A program made the translations under genes and the position numbers. From Octopus vulgaris (taxonomy: Eukaryota), in NCBI GenBank assembly GCA_951406725.2, contig OX597825.1:33728001-33792000 (forward strand): 64,000 nt of DNA. Reading direction: 5' to 3'. Under the pieces are notes generated by a model. It searched no databases, was not told the origin of the DNA, and worked only from the letters and a program-made list of their open reading frames with translations. This document shows positions 50,470-64,000 of the stretch, one piece after another; within the stretch, counting starts at the first letter, position 1; every line of letters begins with the position of its first letter.

Positions 50470-50625
50470 CATCGTCCGCGCCCTGTCTCTCGTGTGGATC
50501 TTTCAATGGTTCTCTGTGTTGTGACTTGTCGTTCTTCCTTCTTTGTTATAGACCATATTTCACTTACGTATAGGAGCGCAGGTAGAGTGGCAAGCAAGTG
50601 TCTGTTGCCATTTTGCCTTTACTCA
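50470..50625 (-). mobile_element. RTE-type LINE fragment
   Basis: LPALLYVSEIWSITKKEE...TQRTIERS. Another RTE fragment at 54640-54800(+): VVDKFVYLGSALS..SLDEEISFRL. Confidence 0.65.
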
Positions 50626-50889
50626 TCACTTTTATTCACCACACCTGTGTGTATATATATATACACTTTTTACTTCTTACTTGTTTCAGTCATTTGACTG
50701 TGGCCATGCTGGAGCACCCCCTTTAGTCGAACAAATCGACCCCAAGACTTATTCTTTGTAAGCCTAGTACTTTTTCTATCGGGCTCTTTTTGCCGAACCG
50801 CTAAGTTACGGGGACATAAACACACCAGTATCGGTTGTCAAGCAATGTTGGGGGGACAAACACAGACACAAACATATACACACACGTAC

Positions 50890-50983
<94 letters not shown>

Positions 50984-51458
50984 GGGCTTCTTTCAGTTTC
51001 CGTCTACCAAATCCACTCACAAGGCTTTGGTCGGCCCGAGGCTATAGTAGAAGACACTTGCCCAAGGTGCCATGCAGTGGGACTGAACCCAGAACCATGT
51101 GGTTGGTAAGCAAGCTACTTATCACACAGCCACTCATATATACAGTTGATTCATTCGACTAAAAATTATTCAAGACGGTGCCCCAGTATGGCCGCAGTCT
51201 GACGACTGAAACAAGCAAGAGATAAAAGATAAACTCAAGGATGCATATTTTAGAATAACGGTATAACCGATTATCGCATTGACGTTAACAGCCCTAGAAT
51301 GATAAACGGTGGTGACTGAGGGACTTGAACTCAAAATGTAAAGGAGTGTAATTAAATAACTCTAGGCATTTTGTCCGACGCTCTTGATACTTGCAGTCCA
51401 CTGCCTTTGATTGGGTAGTAGACTCAATCCTTTTTACTGTATAGGACCACTATTTCAT

Positions 51459-52003
51459 ACCGGGGCTGGAGGAGCCCAGTTAGAGAATTATCAGTGGGGG
51501 CTACTGCTCAACAAATGCTGAAGATTGATATTTTATCTTTCGTGTAGTACGCCAGTCCCAGCGAAAAAGCGCTGAGAGCTTGAGCCTCTGCCATTAGCCA
51601 CAATGATATACTAAAAATTGAAAACGCATGTGAAAATTTTAATGTTTAATTATATTAGATAATTACTGACATACAGTTTGTGAATAAAAGAGTCTAAAAC
51701 AGACTCATCTGGCTTATTTATCCGAGAAATTTTTCCGAATCATTTCAAAGTCAATGGATTTTGTAATGTCGTCTTCTATGGATAACATTGCCAAATTATT
51801 TAGTCTCACTTGTGAAGTTGTTTTAATCAGTTAAAAAAAAAAACTTCTTTCACATGATACGACTGTTATGGGCACTGTTAAGTAAATTCTCAAAGCAATA
51901 AAACTATTAGGAAATGTATAATTCATCATAGCATCCTCCGTTCGAGTATGTGCGCGGGGCCCAAGTTAAAGAAGTCTGTTTAATTGGCTTAAAACCGGCC
52001 CTA
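51459..52003 (-). mobile_element. hAT (Tip100/Ac-like) remnant with C-terminal dimerisation domain
   Basis: FPNSFIALRIYLTVPITVVSCERSF...RLNNLAMLSIE. Terminus AAACCGGCCCT. Boundaries approximate. Confidence 0.7.
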
Positions 52004-54399
52004 CCTAGCACCTCGAGTGTCTTAAGTTGAGTCCAATATGTTGCAAGTATTCAGGCGGTTGTACGGTTTGAGGATACCTTCCTTCCTTCCTTCCTTCATT
52101 CATTCATTCATTTATTCATTCCACAAGTCTAGAAGGTTCAGTAAAAGTTATAGGCACTATTTTCCCTCATGATTAAAAGATAGAAAAGAAAAAAAATATT
52201 TATGCCATAGGCCCAACTTGGGTGGTGGCTAGTCGACTAATTCAGTTTAGTACTTGATTGCTACTTTATTTTATTCAAAGTTAAAACCAAAGGGATTAAA
52301 GTTGAAACCAAGGGACCATGGCGGAATTTGGAATACAGAGCTGCAAGAGTCTTTATTCCAAGTATTATACATTAATGATTCTATAGATCCACCACATTCA
52401 ATACTTTAATAATAATTTCTGGCATAGGCATAAAACTAGGAGTGGGGTTGGTGGTGAGGGGGCATAGTGTAGTCGGCTTAATTGACCCCAATATTTTACG
52501 AATCCTTTATTTTAATTAATCCGGAATAATTAACTGTAAAGTCAACCTTATTGCTATTTATATTTTATTTATATTTTATTATTGCTTATTTTTATTATTT
52601 TACTATTTCGGGGATTTCGGTTTTGTTCGCTTTTTTTTATATTCTTGTTTTTTGTTTGTTTTTTACTTAGAGAAGGATGAACGGCATCTATAACCTTTTT
52701 CACTTTTTTGCTTTTTATTTACGGACCCAAAAATTAGTGGGAGAAAGTTACTTTCAGATCGAAAACTTGGCCCCAATCCTTACGACAGACTGGATGTCGC
52801 TCAAGGCAACCAGGAATCTGATGGTTGTAGTATTAAATCGAACTGCGGATTGTATCTTCTTCGATGGGCTTCCACACACTTTTAGTCAGCCACATTTCAT
52901 TCACAAGTCGTTGGTCAATCCGAGGTTCTGGGAGAAGACATTCGCCCAAGGTAACACACAATGGGAATGAACTCGAAACGATGTAGTTGTGTGGTAACCT
53001 TCTCAGCCACGATCGTAAGGGTGTGAGCTGGATTCCCGGCAGATTGTTGTGCCTTTGAGCAAGACACTTTATTCCCCGCCGCTCCAGTTCACTCAGCTGG
53101 CAAAAATTAGTGATACCTGTAATTCAAAGGACCGACCTTGTCGCATTCTGTGCCACATTGAACCTCTTTGAGAACTATGTTAGGGGTGCGCGAATCTATG
53201 GAGTGCTCAGCCACTTGCCCGTTAATTTCACGAGCAGGCTGTTCTATTGATCGAATCAACTTGAACCCTCGTCGTTGTAACCGACGGAGTGCCAGCAATA
53301 AGATATGTTATATATTACGTTTCTTATCTAACATTTTTACCGTTCAGTATTCCTTGTTTTTCAAAAGTTTATCTCAAGAGTTTTGCATTTTTTAGGAAAG
53401 GCACAACCCCATTGATACTTTTACAACAATATGGTTACGGAATTTGCTTGGCGATTAAACCGTTTCAGGTTAGATCCTACTGCATGGCATCTTGGTCAAG
53501 TGTCTTCTACCTTAGCGTCGGCTCCACAAATGTTTTGCGAGTGAAATTCGGTGAACAGAAAATATGTAGAAACCTATGGAAAAACGTGTTCCCATTCTTA
53601 GATGGAAGGTCTTAATCTTTTGCCCGGTTCAACACCAGCGCCTGTTCCTTGGGAATCCATTTGCTCCAAATATTCTGACCACGTTTACAGTCTTTGGATA
53701 ACGCCTTCCCTTCCTACCAACTTCTTAAAACGGTTATAGGCGCTACGTTTGCTCCTCTAACTAAACCATTAAAAAGACTTGCCACACTAATTAGTTCTTA
53801 CAAGCTCTGCGAGTATTGATATACGCTATACTTCGATGCAATATAAAGGATTCTGACCAAAAGGTGCGTAGTATAGAATTTGGACTTATCATTGGTAAAA
53901 GTTAAAATTACACTAATAACAATTCTAGACGCTCATTGTTTATAATTACATATACGAGTTACAGAAGCTGTATTAATACCGAGCGGTAATATTTATTCCC
54001 TCTTTCAGAACAAACTACACTGCGGTAAATACCATGAAAGAAACTCTCATATTGGCTTTTGATGCTGAATGCTCTCTTGTTTATATCGCTAGCGAGGAGA
54101 TAAATCTCCGCAATCTCCAGCGCCGAGACCACCAGATTACGTGATTTCGACCTTCCTTGGTCTTGTCAATGATAGACGCTCGACCGCTAGAGATAATTTA
54201 CAATGTGTTTTTATTCACACTCTCACCAACAAGGGGACACTGATGCAATGAATGTAAAAAGAGGAAGTGGCAGATAATAAATGTAGGAGAGGGAAAATGA
54301 AAGAATTCTAATTACAAAGAGCTGTAGCGAAAGGTTTTTCATTGGCTGCAGTAGCAGGTATTTATCAAAATAAAACACACGCGTGCGTGTGCACTCAGC

Positions 54400-54470
<71 letters not shown>

Positions 54471-54869
54471 ATACACACACACACTTCAGAATAGAAATTA
54501 TTTTAGATAGAAAACAATTTAATATTATAAGGGACATTAGCCAACTGAATATGGCTAGGGACAGGGCAGGGTGGTGGGGGTGTCACTGTTGCATTTAGCC
54601 CCAGGCGAACATGTATGTATGTATGTATGTATGTATGTATTTCCTGCACCAAGAAATCCATACGAGGAACCAGTTATCTTGGTTGAAAGAGCAATACTGA
54701 AAGTGGTAGACAAGTTTGTCTACCTGGGCAGCGCACTCAGCCGTTCTTGCTCCCTGGATGAGGAAATATCTTTTAGGCTGCAAAGAGCAGCTGATTCCAT
54801 CCGGTCTCCTGAAACATTCTTAATGTTAGCTGGACCTTAAAAACTCCAGACACACAGGTCCTGAGGAAA

Positions 54870-56591
54870 GCTGATATCTTGAGTATTGAGGTGATGGTGC
54901 ACAAGTGCTGAGTGCTGGTGTATGTAGAGTGGTAAGGTGTTTGTGGGTGGGTATGTAATGGTGTGTGAAGTGAGTAATGATTTGAACAGTGTATGGTGGT
55001 ATGTGTGTGGCGAGAGTACCGAGGTAGGCGGTATGCAGCGTGTAGGTGGAGGGGAGAGGCAGTTGAATGTGGGAGGTGTGTGGGAATCTGTGAGGGGTGG
55101 TGTCAGATGAAAAGAGATAGCTAGTTGAGCCCATACTGCGCAAAGGAACTAAGCGAGATTTAAGTCAATGCTTGTTCGCGGCGAAGGCGAGAGTCCGGGT
55201 GGCCCATGTGCAGAGACAGTCCGAATGACCGGTAGAGTGGAAGTGGCGCGAGACCGGGGTGTCATTGCCGGGTCTGGTGTCTCAAAAGTGCTCCGCGAAC
55301 CGGTCAGCCAAGCAGTATCCCATTTGACCAATGCAAAAGGAAAGACAGGGAGAGCAGGAGATGCAGTAAATAACATTACTGGAGGTGCAGGCAAAGGAGT
55401 CGGTGATGTGATAAGGATGGCGGTGGGTGCCAGTGAGGACAGCGGTGTCGGAGAGGTAGGAGCAGGTGCGACAGTGTGGGCGAGAGCAGGGGAAGGAGCC
55501 AGGCTGCGAGGCAGGGGTAGGGAAGAAACTGGACCAGGAGGTCACGGAGGTTATGGGTTCCTTTGATAAAAGGAAGGGGTGAGTTAGAGAAGATGTGTAA
55601 GGTGGAAGGGTCGGACTTGGATCACCGGAAGGCTCGGAGAATGGTGCGTTAGAGGGGTAGAGTAGAGGGGTGGTAGGTGAAGGGAAAGGGAAGACGGGTA
55701 AGGGTGGGGCGGATGCGAGGGGAAAGAGCAAAACCATGGTTCACAGATCGTCCCCGGGCAAGGGCAGTGTGGATAATGGTGACGGAATATACATGTAGGG
55801 TGAAGTGGCGGGCCATGAGTTGAAACTGGGTCTCAAAATCATGGTCATCACTGCAGAGCCAGCGTAGACGGAGGAAATGGAAGTAGGGGATGGAGAGCTT
55901 GATGTGGGTAGGGTGGAAGGAGGAGAAATTATGGTAGGAGTATGAGTCTGTGTGTTTGTAGTGGATGGAGGTTGTGAGAGCGGAGTGGTGTATGCAGACA
56001 GAAATATCGAGAAATTCGACGGAAGATTTAGAGACAGTGTAAGAGAATTCGAGGACAGGAGGGATGAGGAAGGTTTCTACAAAGGAGAGGAAAGTGTCAG
56101 GATGTTCACGGGAGAGTGAGCTTGCGCCGATATAGTCATCGACTTAACGACCTTATAGCTCAGGAGTGGGACCAGCGAACTGTGAGAATATCTGGGCCTC
56201 AACATAGTCAGTAAACAGGTTCGCATAGTTGGCACCCATTCTCGCTTCCATAACCACTCCTGAGAACTGTTGGTAAAACTCGCCCACGAACGAGAAGCAG
56301 TTGAGGGGGAGGACAAGTTCGGCCAAACGAAAAAGTGTGAAGGTCTCAGGCTGATGGTCTGGCTAAAGGTCAAGGAAGTGTTTTAGCTTAAGTAGGCCTT
56401 CGTTGTGTGGGACCACCGTGTACAAAGATTCAATGACGAGAGTAAACAGAAGTTGAGAGAGGCCAGGAGGGAAGGAGAAAGAGTTAAACAGACAGAGAGC
56501 ATGCTTGGTGTTGTGAATGTATGAGGGGAGGGAAGCCACTAGGGGAACAAAGACACGGTCGAGGTACTTGGAGATCATTTCGGTGGGCAGT
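54870..56591 (-). mobile_element. Penelope-like (Neptune-type) retroelement: RT + GIY-YIG pseudogene
   Basis: ISKYLD, ESLYT.VPH.EG, MGANYANLF, FLDISV..TSIHYK.TD, SIPY..FLRLR..CS, CSRPHCRTC, NVIYCISC...CIGQ...LADRFAEH. Confidence 0.9.
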
Positions 56592-57620
56592 TATATATAT
56601 ATATATATATATATATAGGCGCATGGCCCACTGGTTAGAGCGTCGAGCTCACAATCATGAAGTATTGAGTTCTTTTCCCGGACCGGCCTTTGTATTGTGT
56701 TCTTGAGCAAGACACTTTATTTCATGTTGCTCCAGTTCACTCGGCTGAAGAAATGAGTTGCGACGTCACTTGTTTTCCCTTGGATAACATCAGTAGCGTG
56801 GAGAGGAAAGGCTGGTTTGCAAGGGCGACTGCTAGACTTCCATAAAAAAAAGACCTTACCTAGACTTGTGCTTCGGAAGGGACTTTCTAGGTGCATCCCA
56901 TGGTCATTCATGACTGAAGGGCGTCTTTACCCTTTATATATATATAATCATACGTCTTTGTATTTTAAAATGTGTTACGAAAGGTGAAGATCTACGTAAA
57001 AAGCAGTATCACAATGACGAATTACTGCCATATTTTTCTGATAAATAACAAGGGCAAAGACTTAAAGAATTTTATCAATGGTTTCTTTCATTGTTTTGAA
57101 TGGATGCGCCGTTTTCAATCATTAACATAACTGTCGTCATGTTTGACGTAAAGACATGTATCTAATTATATATTATAATTTACAACTTAAGAGTCATAGT
57201 ACGAACGCTTACGTCGCTACTTTTATCAGAAATGTTTTATGGATTATTCTAAAACTATTTTCGGTCTTTTGAACTGTTTTCTATGGTAACAAACAAACAA
57301 TCCAGATCGACAAATCCCTTGTTTTTGAATGTCTTGTGAAATAACGAAAATGATTTGAGGTAGACATGAAATAATTTATTATGTGAAGCTTTTGCGAGTT
57401 GTACCGCAAGATTCAACAAATTGTTAATGTATAACTTCGAAGAAGTTTATTTGAAAGTTGCCATCTTCATTTAGTCTTTTGGCCTACAAGAAATAGCAGT
57501 CAAATCTCATTCCTAAATAAGAAGACTAGGCTACTCCTTACCCAAAGAAGAACAATTTGGATAAATTAGTCCTACATACACCATGCCTTTAAAAAGAATA
57601 CAACGGTCATGGTTTAAATG

Positions 57621-57790
57621 CATGGCGTAGCTAGAGTAAGTGCTGCCCGGGGCGGCCCTTGAGTTTGTAGACACACTGCCCCACCCCACCGGGCTTACAA
57701 ACTTATACAAGCTTATACAGTAGACCCAAAAGCGCCGCTCGAGGTGAACCTCTCCTTTGCTCTCCCATTGTTCCATAGCTACACTACTTC
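57621..57790. mobile_element. Possible old hAT MITE
   Basis: Termini CATGGCGTAGCTA ... TAGCTACACTAC around a GC-rich interior. Confidence 0.4.
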
Positions 57791-58756
57791 TTAAATACAT
57801 TTTATTGTGGAAAGAAGCTCGTCAATCTTCCGATCAAAGCAAGGAAATAATGTTTTCATTGGTTTTTCCAATTGCTCATGCTGTTTGTCATTCGCAACTC
57901 CTAACTGAGGTGTCACCGCTTTTCTGCGACGGGACCGAATGCGCAGCACCGAAACAGATACCAAAAGGTATCTTATCCGATACGCTAACAATTACGCCAA
58001 CCCACTTCTCTGAACTTCTGTAATGTTTTTATCGATTTCGAAAGGATAAAACGCAAAGTTGGCTTCAGTGAGATTTCATCTCAGAGCGGAGACTATCGCA
58101 AAACTGCTGCGAGGCATTTCAATCCAATTTTCTAACGACTCTGCCAATTAGCCCTCAAATTATACTCTATATGCTTCTTTAAAAATGGAAGGTCATTGGA
58201 TAATTTATTCTTACATTCATTATATCCGAGATAAATTACATCTGAAAAGATTGGATGGTCACGGTCAGAACGTCCCTGACCAGGGTCTACACAAAAGGTG
58301 TGACTAAACAACGAAAACCACTATTGGTTTCAAATTTTGGCATATGGCCAGGAAGATCGAGGGAGGGGTTTAGTCAAGTACATTGACCCTAGTTATCGAC
58401 TGGTACTTATTTTATCGATCCAGAAAGGATGAAAAACAAAGTCGACCTCAGCGGAATTTGAACTCAGAACGTAATAATGGACGAAATACCTATTTCTTTA
58501 CTACCCACAAGGGGCTAAACACAAAGAGGACAAACAAGGACAGACAAACGGATTAAGTCGATTATATCGACCCCAATGCGTAACTGGTACTTAATTTATC
58601 GACCCGAAAGGATGAAAGGCAAAGTCGACCTCGGCGGAATTTTGAACTCAGAACGTAGCGGCAGACGAAATACGGCTACGCTTTTCGCCCGGTGTGCTAG
58701 CGGTTCTGCCAGCTCACCGCCTTCACAACAAAAACCGCTATTAAAATATTAAAATT

Positions 58757-60270
58757 AGAAAGAAAGACAGAAAGAAAGAAAGAAAGAAAGAAGGAAAGAA
58801 AGAAGGAAGGAGAGAAAGAAGGAAGGAAGGAAAGAAAGAAGGAACGAACGAACGAACGAAAGAAAGAAGGAACGAACGAAAGAAAGAAGGAAGGTACGAA
58901 AGAAAGAAGGAACGAACGAACGAATGAAAGAAGGAACGAACGAACGAACGAAAGAAAGAAGGAAGGTACGAAAGAAGGAACGAACGAACGAAAGAAAGAA
59001 GGAAGGTACGAAAGAAAGAAGCAAGGTACGAAAGAAGGATGGAAGGAACGAAAGAAAGAAGGAACGAACGAACGAAAGAAAGAAGGAACGAACGAACGAA
59101 AGAAAGAAAGAAGGAACGAAAGAAAGAAGGAACGAACGAACGAAAGAAAGAAGGAACGAACGAACGAAAGAAAGAAGGAACGAACGAAAGAAAGAAGGAA
59201 GGTACGAAAAACAGAAGGAACGAACGAACGAAAGAAAGACGGTAGGAACGAACGAACGAAAGAAAGAAGGAACGAACGAACGAAAGAAAGAAGGAAGGAA
59301 CGAAAGAAAGAAGGAACGAACGAACGAAAGAAAGAAGGAACGAACGAAAGAAAGAAGGAAGGAACGAAAGAAAGAAGGAAGGTATGAAAGAAAGAAGGAA
59401 CGAACGAACGAAAGAAGGAACGAACGAACGAACGAAAGAAAGAAGGAACGAACGAACGAAAGAAAGAAGGAACGAACGAAAGAAAGAAGGAAGGTACGAA
59501 AGAAAGAAGGAACGAACGAACGAAAGAAAGAAGGAACGAACGAAAGAAAGAAGGAAGGTACGAAAGAAAGAAGGAACGAACGAACGAACGAACGAAAGAA
59601 AGAAGGAAGGAACGAAAGAAAGAAGGAAGGTACGAAAGAAAGAATGATCGAACGAACGAAAGAAAGCCGGAAGGAACGAACGAACGAAAGAAAGAAGGAA
59701 GGAACGAAAGAAAGAAGGAAGGCACGAAAGAAAGAAGGAACGAACGAAAGAAAGAGAGACGGAAGGAACGAACGAACGAAAGAAAGAAAGAAGGAACGAA
59801 CGAAAGAAAGAAGGAAGGTACGAAAGAAAGAAGGAAGGAGGGAACGAAAGAAAGAAGGAACGAACGAACGAAAGAAGGAAGGAACGAACGAACGAAAGAA
59901 AGAAGGAACGAACGAACGAAAGAAAGAAGGAAGGAACGAAAGAAAGAAGGAAGGAAGGAACGAAAGAAAGAAAAAAGGAAGGAACGAAAGAAAAAAGGAA
60001 GGTACGAACGAAAGAAAGAAAGAAAGAAAGAAGGAACGAATGAAAGAAAGAAGGAACGAACGAAAGAAAGAAGGAAGGTACGAAAGAAAGAAGGAAGGAG
60101 GGAACGAAAGAAAGAAGGAACGAACGAACGAACGAAAGAAGGAACGAACGAACGAACGAAAGAAAGAAGGAACGAACGAACGAAAGAAGGAAGGAAGGAA
60201 CGAAAGAAAGAAGGAAGGAAGGAACGAAAGAAAGAAGGAATGTACGAACGAACGAAAGAAACAAACGAAC
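58757..60270. repeat. 1.5-kb compound tetranucleotide satellite (GAAA/GAAG/GAAC, occasional GTAC)
   Basis: Direct. It explains the 470-560 aa low-complexity ORFs. Confidence 0.97.
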
Positions 60271-60735
60271 ACAAACAACTGGAATCAGTTATTACAAAAG
60301 CTAACATTGACGGATGTATTTCTAGATACAGTTTCTCTGAAATAAAAGACGGAATGATTTCGGCTAGAATCCATTTCATTATACGATCTGCACGACAAGC
60401 GCTGACCTGGAGATAAACAGTCTAACAATGTTTTTATTAATGGCTTTGATGTATTAATAGTAATGGTAAGACAACAAAAGAACGAATGAGACCTCGATAT
60501 TGTATAAATAGAGGAATTTGTCTGTAATATGATATGTGATAATTATTCGGTTGCCATTATAAGACTGCGAGTTTTGGATGAGGAGGTGGAAAACTCCTTC
60601 GGCATCTCGTCAGTTATGACCAGTCAGAGACTGACCATAACAAACAACTCTCTTAGTATTACTGCCCTAATGTTTAAAGTGTGCCTCCTTTCAGATTTAT
60701 GAACTGCTACCGATTGTATACATACAAATAATATG

Positions 60736-60795
<60 letters not shown>

Positions 60796-60964
60796 CTTTT
60801 TATTAAAGCTGAAAAAATCTTCATAAGCTGTCACTTTACCGTTCATCGGACAGTTGTAATAATACTATAACTCTCCCTTTGAAATTCGAGTACTATTTTT
60901 TCCACATTGTTTTAGATTTATGTGCTTACTTGTGTGTGTGCGTGTGTGTGTATCTATATATATT

Positions 60965-61005
<41 letters not shown>

Positions 61006-61441
61006 ATATATATATATATATACAGAACCACCCAGCGAACTTCCACCATGGGTCATCACAATTGCTTAAGGTAAAAATGAATTCCTCGCTCTTTCGGAAA
61101 CATCAATCTTCTGTATTGACCGCTTTCCACCACTTTGATCTGTTTTTTGTATTGAATACGTATCGCCACCGTGGGCCACTGCATCGAACACTTTGAACAT
61201 ATACTTCAAACTATATATCAACTATACATGAACTATATATCAACTATACATGAACTCTAAGATGTCTGACTCCGTTGTGTATTATAAATGAATTTCTTGT
61301 GTTTGACGGCATGAGCTGTCTCTTTTTATATATAACTTTTTTTGATAAGGTTCATTTCAGGAACTGAAACATGTTATAATGTATATATAAAAATTAAAAA
61401 TTGTATAATACAGCAGCATTTTCGAACTTCATTTTTTACAA

Positions 61442-61482
<41 letters not shown>

Positions 61483-61495
61483 TATACACATAAAG

Positions 61496-61536
<41 letters not shown>

Positions 61537-62038
61537 TACGACGGGCTTCTTTCAGTTTCCGTCTACCAAATTCACTCACAAGGCATTGGTCGGCCCGGGG
61601 CTATAGCAGAAGACACTTGCCCAAGATGCCACACAGTGGGACTGAACCCGGAACCATGTGGTTGGTAAGCAAGCTACTTACCACACAGCCACTCCTGCGC
61701 CTACTCTCACACAAATGAACCCACACATACATCCCTACACACACACACGCACGTACAAGCACACACGCACACACACACTAGGTTAAGCAGTTACTCGCCA
61801 CACACCCACACTCTACGCATACACACACGAACACACAGATGCACACACACACACTACAAACAACACACACACACATGATACATATAGCCCTTTGTTTTTT
61901 GACCTGGCTTTGACCTGGCTTGATACAAACAGCTAGTAGTCATAAAGGAGTGCCTTATGACAGCTGACTTTGTCATTGCTTATTATTCACCCAAAATACA
62001 CACACACACACACACGCACAAACACACTTGTCATCCTT

Positions 62039-62075
<37 letters not shown>

Positions 62076-62220
62076 TTCCTTTTTTGAAACTCTCTTGATT
62101 TTAAAAACCATGATTCGACTACCTCTCAACTTCTGTTCTTTCAACATGTGATCTCTTGAGCACCACCAGCTCAACTATGTTTTCCTCTGTCTTCCCTTCT
62201 TGGGATCTTTCCTTCTCCTT

Positions 62221-62255
62221 GTTTCCGATGAAGAGCTCCCCTCGAAACGTTAAAC
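62221..62255 (+). ncRNA. Minimal hammerhead-like motif in a PLE-type terminal fragment (62080-62355)
   Basis: GUUU CCGAUGA A GAG-CUCCC-CUC GAAA CG UU AAAC. Core U4->C, palindromic AACGUU. Confidence 0.5.
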
Positions 62256-62368
62256 TCTCCTTCCCTTCTTTCCTGCGCGTCAAATAATACTTTAATTGTT
62301 CCACGTCCTGCGTTGCTGTGTTTTTTTCTGTGTTTTCTTGTTTGGATTAACTTTATATATATATATAT

Positions 62369-62411
<43 letters not shown>

Positions 62412-62600
62412 TATATATATGTATATATATATTTATATATACATATATATATATATGTACGTATGCACATGTTTAAAACATATAATGTATATGTATTATT
62501 TATTACATATATATTCATATATGTTAAAAGATTTGTATTATATTTGTAAAAATTCAGTTATATATTATGCAGTTTATTGTTTTGTTATGCACATGATCTT

Positions 62601-62669
62601 CCCTGTCCATGGAAAAATTATTTTGCATGAAACCAGTCCATGGTGTCAAAACAAGGTTGGGGACCGCTG
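62601..62669. mobile_element. hAT-Charlie terminal fragment
   Basis: ...AAGGTTGGGGACCGCTG| followed by CACTAGAG (Charlie-type NNCTAGAN target). Confidence 0.7.
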
Positions 62670-62702
62670 CACTAGAGTATGTACTATGGAACTAACTACC
62701 TT

Positions 62703-63293
62703 AAGGCGGCAAGCTGACATAATCCTCAGCACGCCGAGCAAAATGCTTAGCATCATTTCGTCCGGCTATGCGTGCTGACCTGAAATTCCGCCGAGGTCGA
62801 CTTTGCCTTTCATTCTTTCAGGGTCGATAAATAAGTCCCTATTTCTTTACTACCCACAAGGGGCTAAACACAGGTAGGAAAAACAAGGACAGGCAAACGG
62901 ATTAAGTCGATTATATCGACCCCAGTGCGTAACTGGTACTTATTTAATCGACCCTGAATGGATGAATGGCAAAGTCGACCTCGGCAGAATTTGAACTCAG
63001 AACGTAATCGCAGACGAAATGCCGGTAAGCATTTCGCCTGGCGTGCTAACGTTTCTACCAGCTCGCCGCCTTAGAATAATCTATTCTACTCTAGACACAA
63101 GGCCCGGAACTTTGGAGGAAGGGGATAGTCGATTAGATCGACCCCAGTATGCAACTGGTACTTAATTTATCGACCCCGAAAGGATGAAAGGCAAAGTCGA
63201 CATCGGCGGAATTTGAACTCAGAACGTAAAGACAGACGAAATACCGCTAAGCATTTCTCCCGGCGTGCTAACGTTTCTGCCAGCTTGCCGTCT
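62703..63293. mobile_element. SINE A cluster: plus copy 62703-62835 abutting minus copies 62839-63072 and 63075-63293
   Basis: Head and core motifs in both orientations. Confidence 0.85.
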
Positions 63294-64000
63294 TAGTATA
63301 ATAACATAGTAACGATAGAACGAAGGAAGCCGCTACGTGAATGCACAGCTTGCTTGAAATAGTAGTCAGACCTTGAAATTTCAAACGCTTGTGTATTCAA
63401 AAAGTGTCATAATGGGAGATGGGATCCTAAACATAATATGGTTGAAGAAAAGTCGAAGTGGCCACGGTTGGAATATCTTTGACCATAGTTCTGCTCAGTT
63501 GGGAGTGACATAACGATAGGCGATAACAACACTACTCACACAAATACATATATCAATCTCTCTATCTCTCCCCCCTCTCACTCTCTCTCTATATATATAA
63601 GCGTAAAAGAATAAAAGAACAGAATATATATATATATATATAAAACTCAACTTGTGTGTCTGTATGTGTATCTGTGTGTTTAACTTCCCGGCACATCTCC
63701 TCCTAGCCAACAAATCGTAGAACCACCAAAAATGGGTCTCTTAAAGTTTAGGCGAATGAAAATTGAACTGCGCTATTTCTGCTGCGAAATTCATCTCGCA
63801 AGTGCAAAAATCGATAATGTGTTTGTTTAGGCCTTATCCCATGCATTGAATAGTGAACTTTACTCAGTCAGCTGTTTGACGTGAACTGTGTTCACCACGC
63901 ATGCAAGCATGCGTAAATTGCATGAAAAATAATAAATCAAGATATAAAAATGAATCGACGTAAACATTGTAGAAATTCGGCAAATAAATGAATTTTCGGA

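Noticed and set aside
57140-57290. CRE-like and X-box-like motifs (also CCGGAAGT at ~1188)
   Set aside because: Short motifs expected by chance, with no TSS evidence.
58697-60379. 470-560 aa ORFs on both strands
   Set aside because: They are translations of a tetranucleotide satellite that lacks stop codons.

Overview
Eukaryotic, AT-rich, extremely repeat-dense genomic DNA. The repeat families and the density of (CA)n/(TA)n/(AAT)n tracts suggest an octopus genome; this is inference, not verified. The only host coding sequence I can support is two in-phase minus-strand exons (5531-5593 and 346-490), both missed by the ORF track, encoding the start of a zf-3CxxC / receptor-transporting-protein (RTP)-like protein. 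The rest looks like intron or intergenic sequence full of mobile elements. These include several tRNA-derived SINE families; R4/Dong, Tx1, Hero, RTE and CR1 LINE remnants; Penelope-like elements (PLEs); a 752-bp TRIM-like mini LTR element; full-length but dead mariner and IR/DR Tc1 copies; maT, hAT and Helitron remnants; and MITEs. Best leads: (1) a set of type-I hammerhead ribozyme motifs, including a PLE terminal module that couples a tRNA-like Pol III cassette to a hammerhead; (2) the TRIM-like element; (3) a SINE subfamily whose 3' end repeats its own body and appears to be joined onto older SINE copies. Almost all long ORFs in the track are microsatellite artefacts. All coordinates were read by eye and no database search was run.
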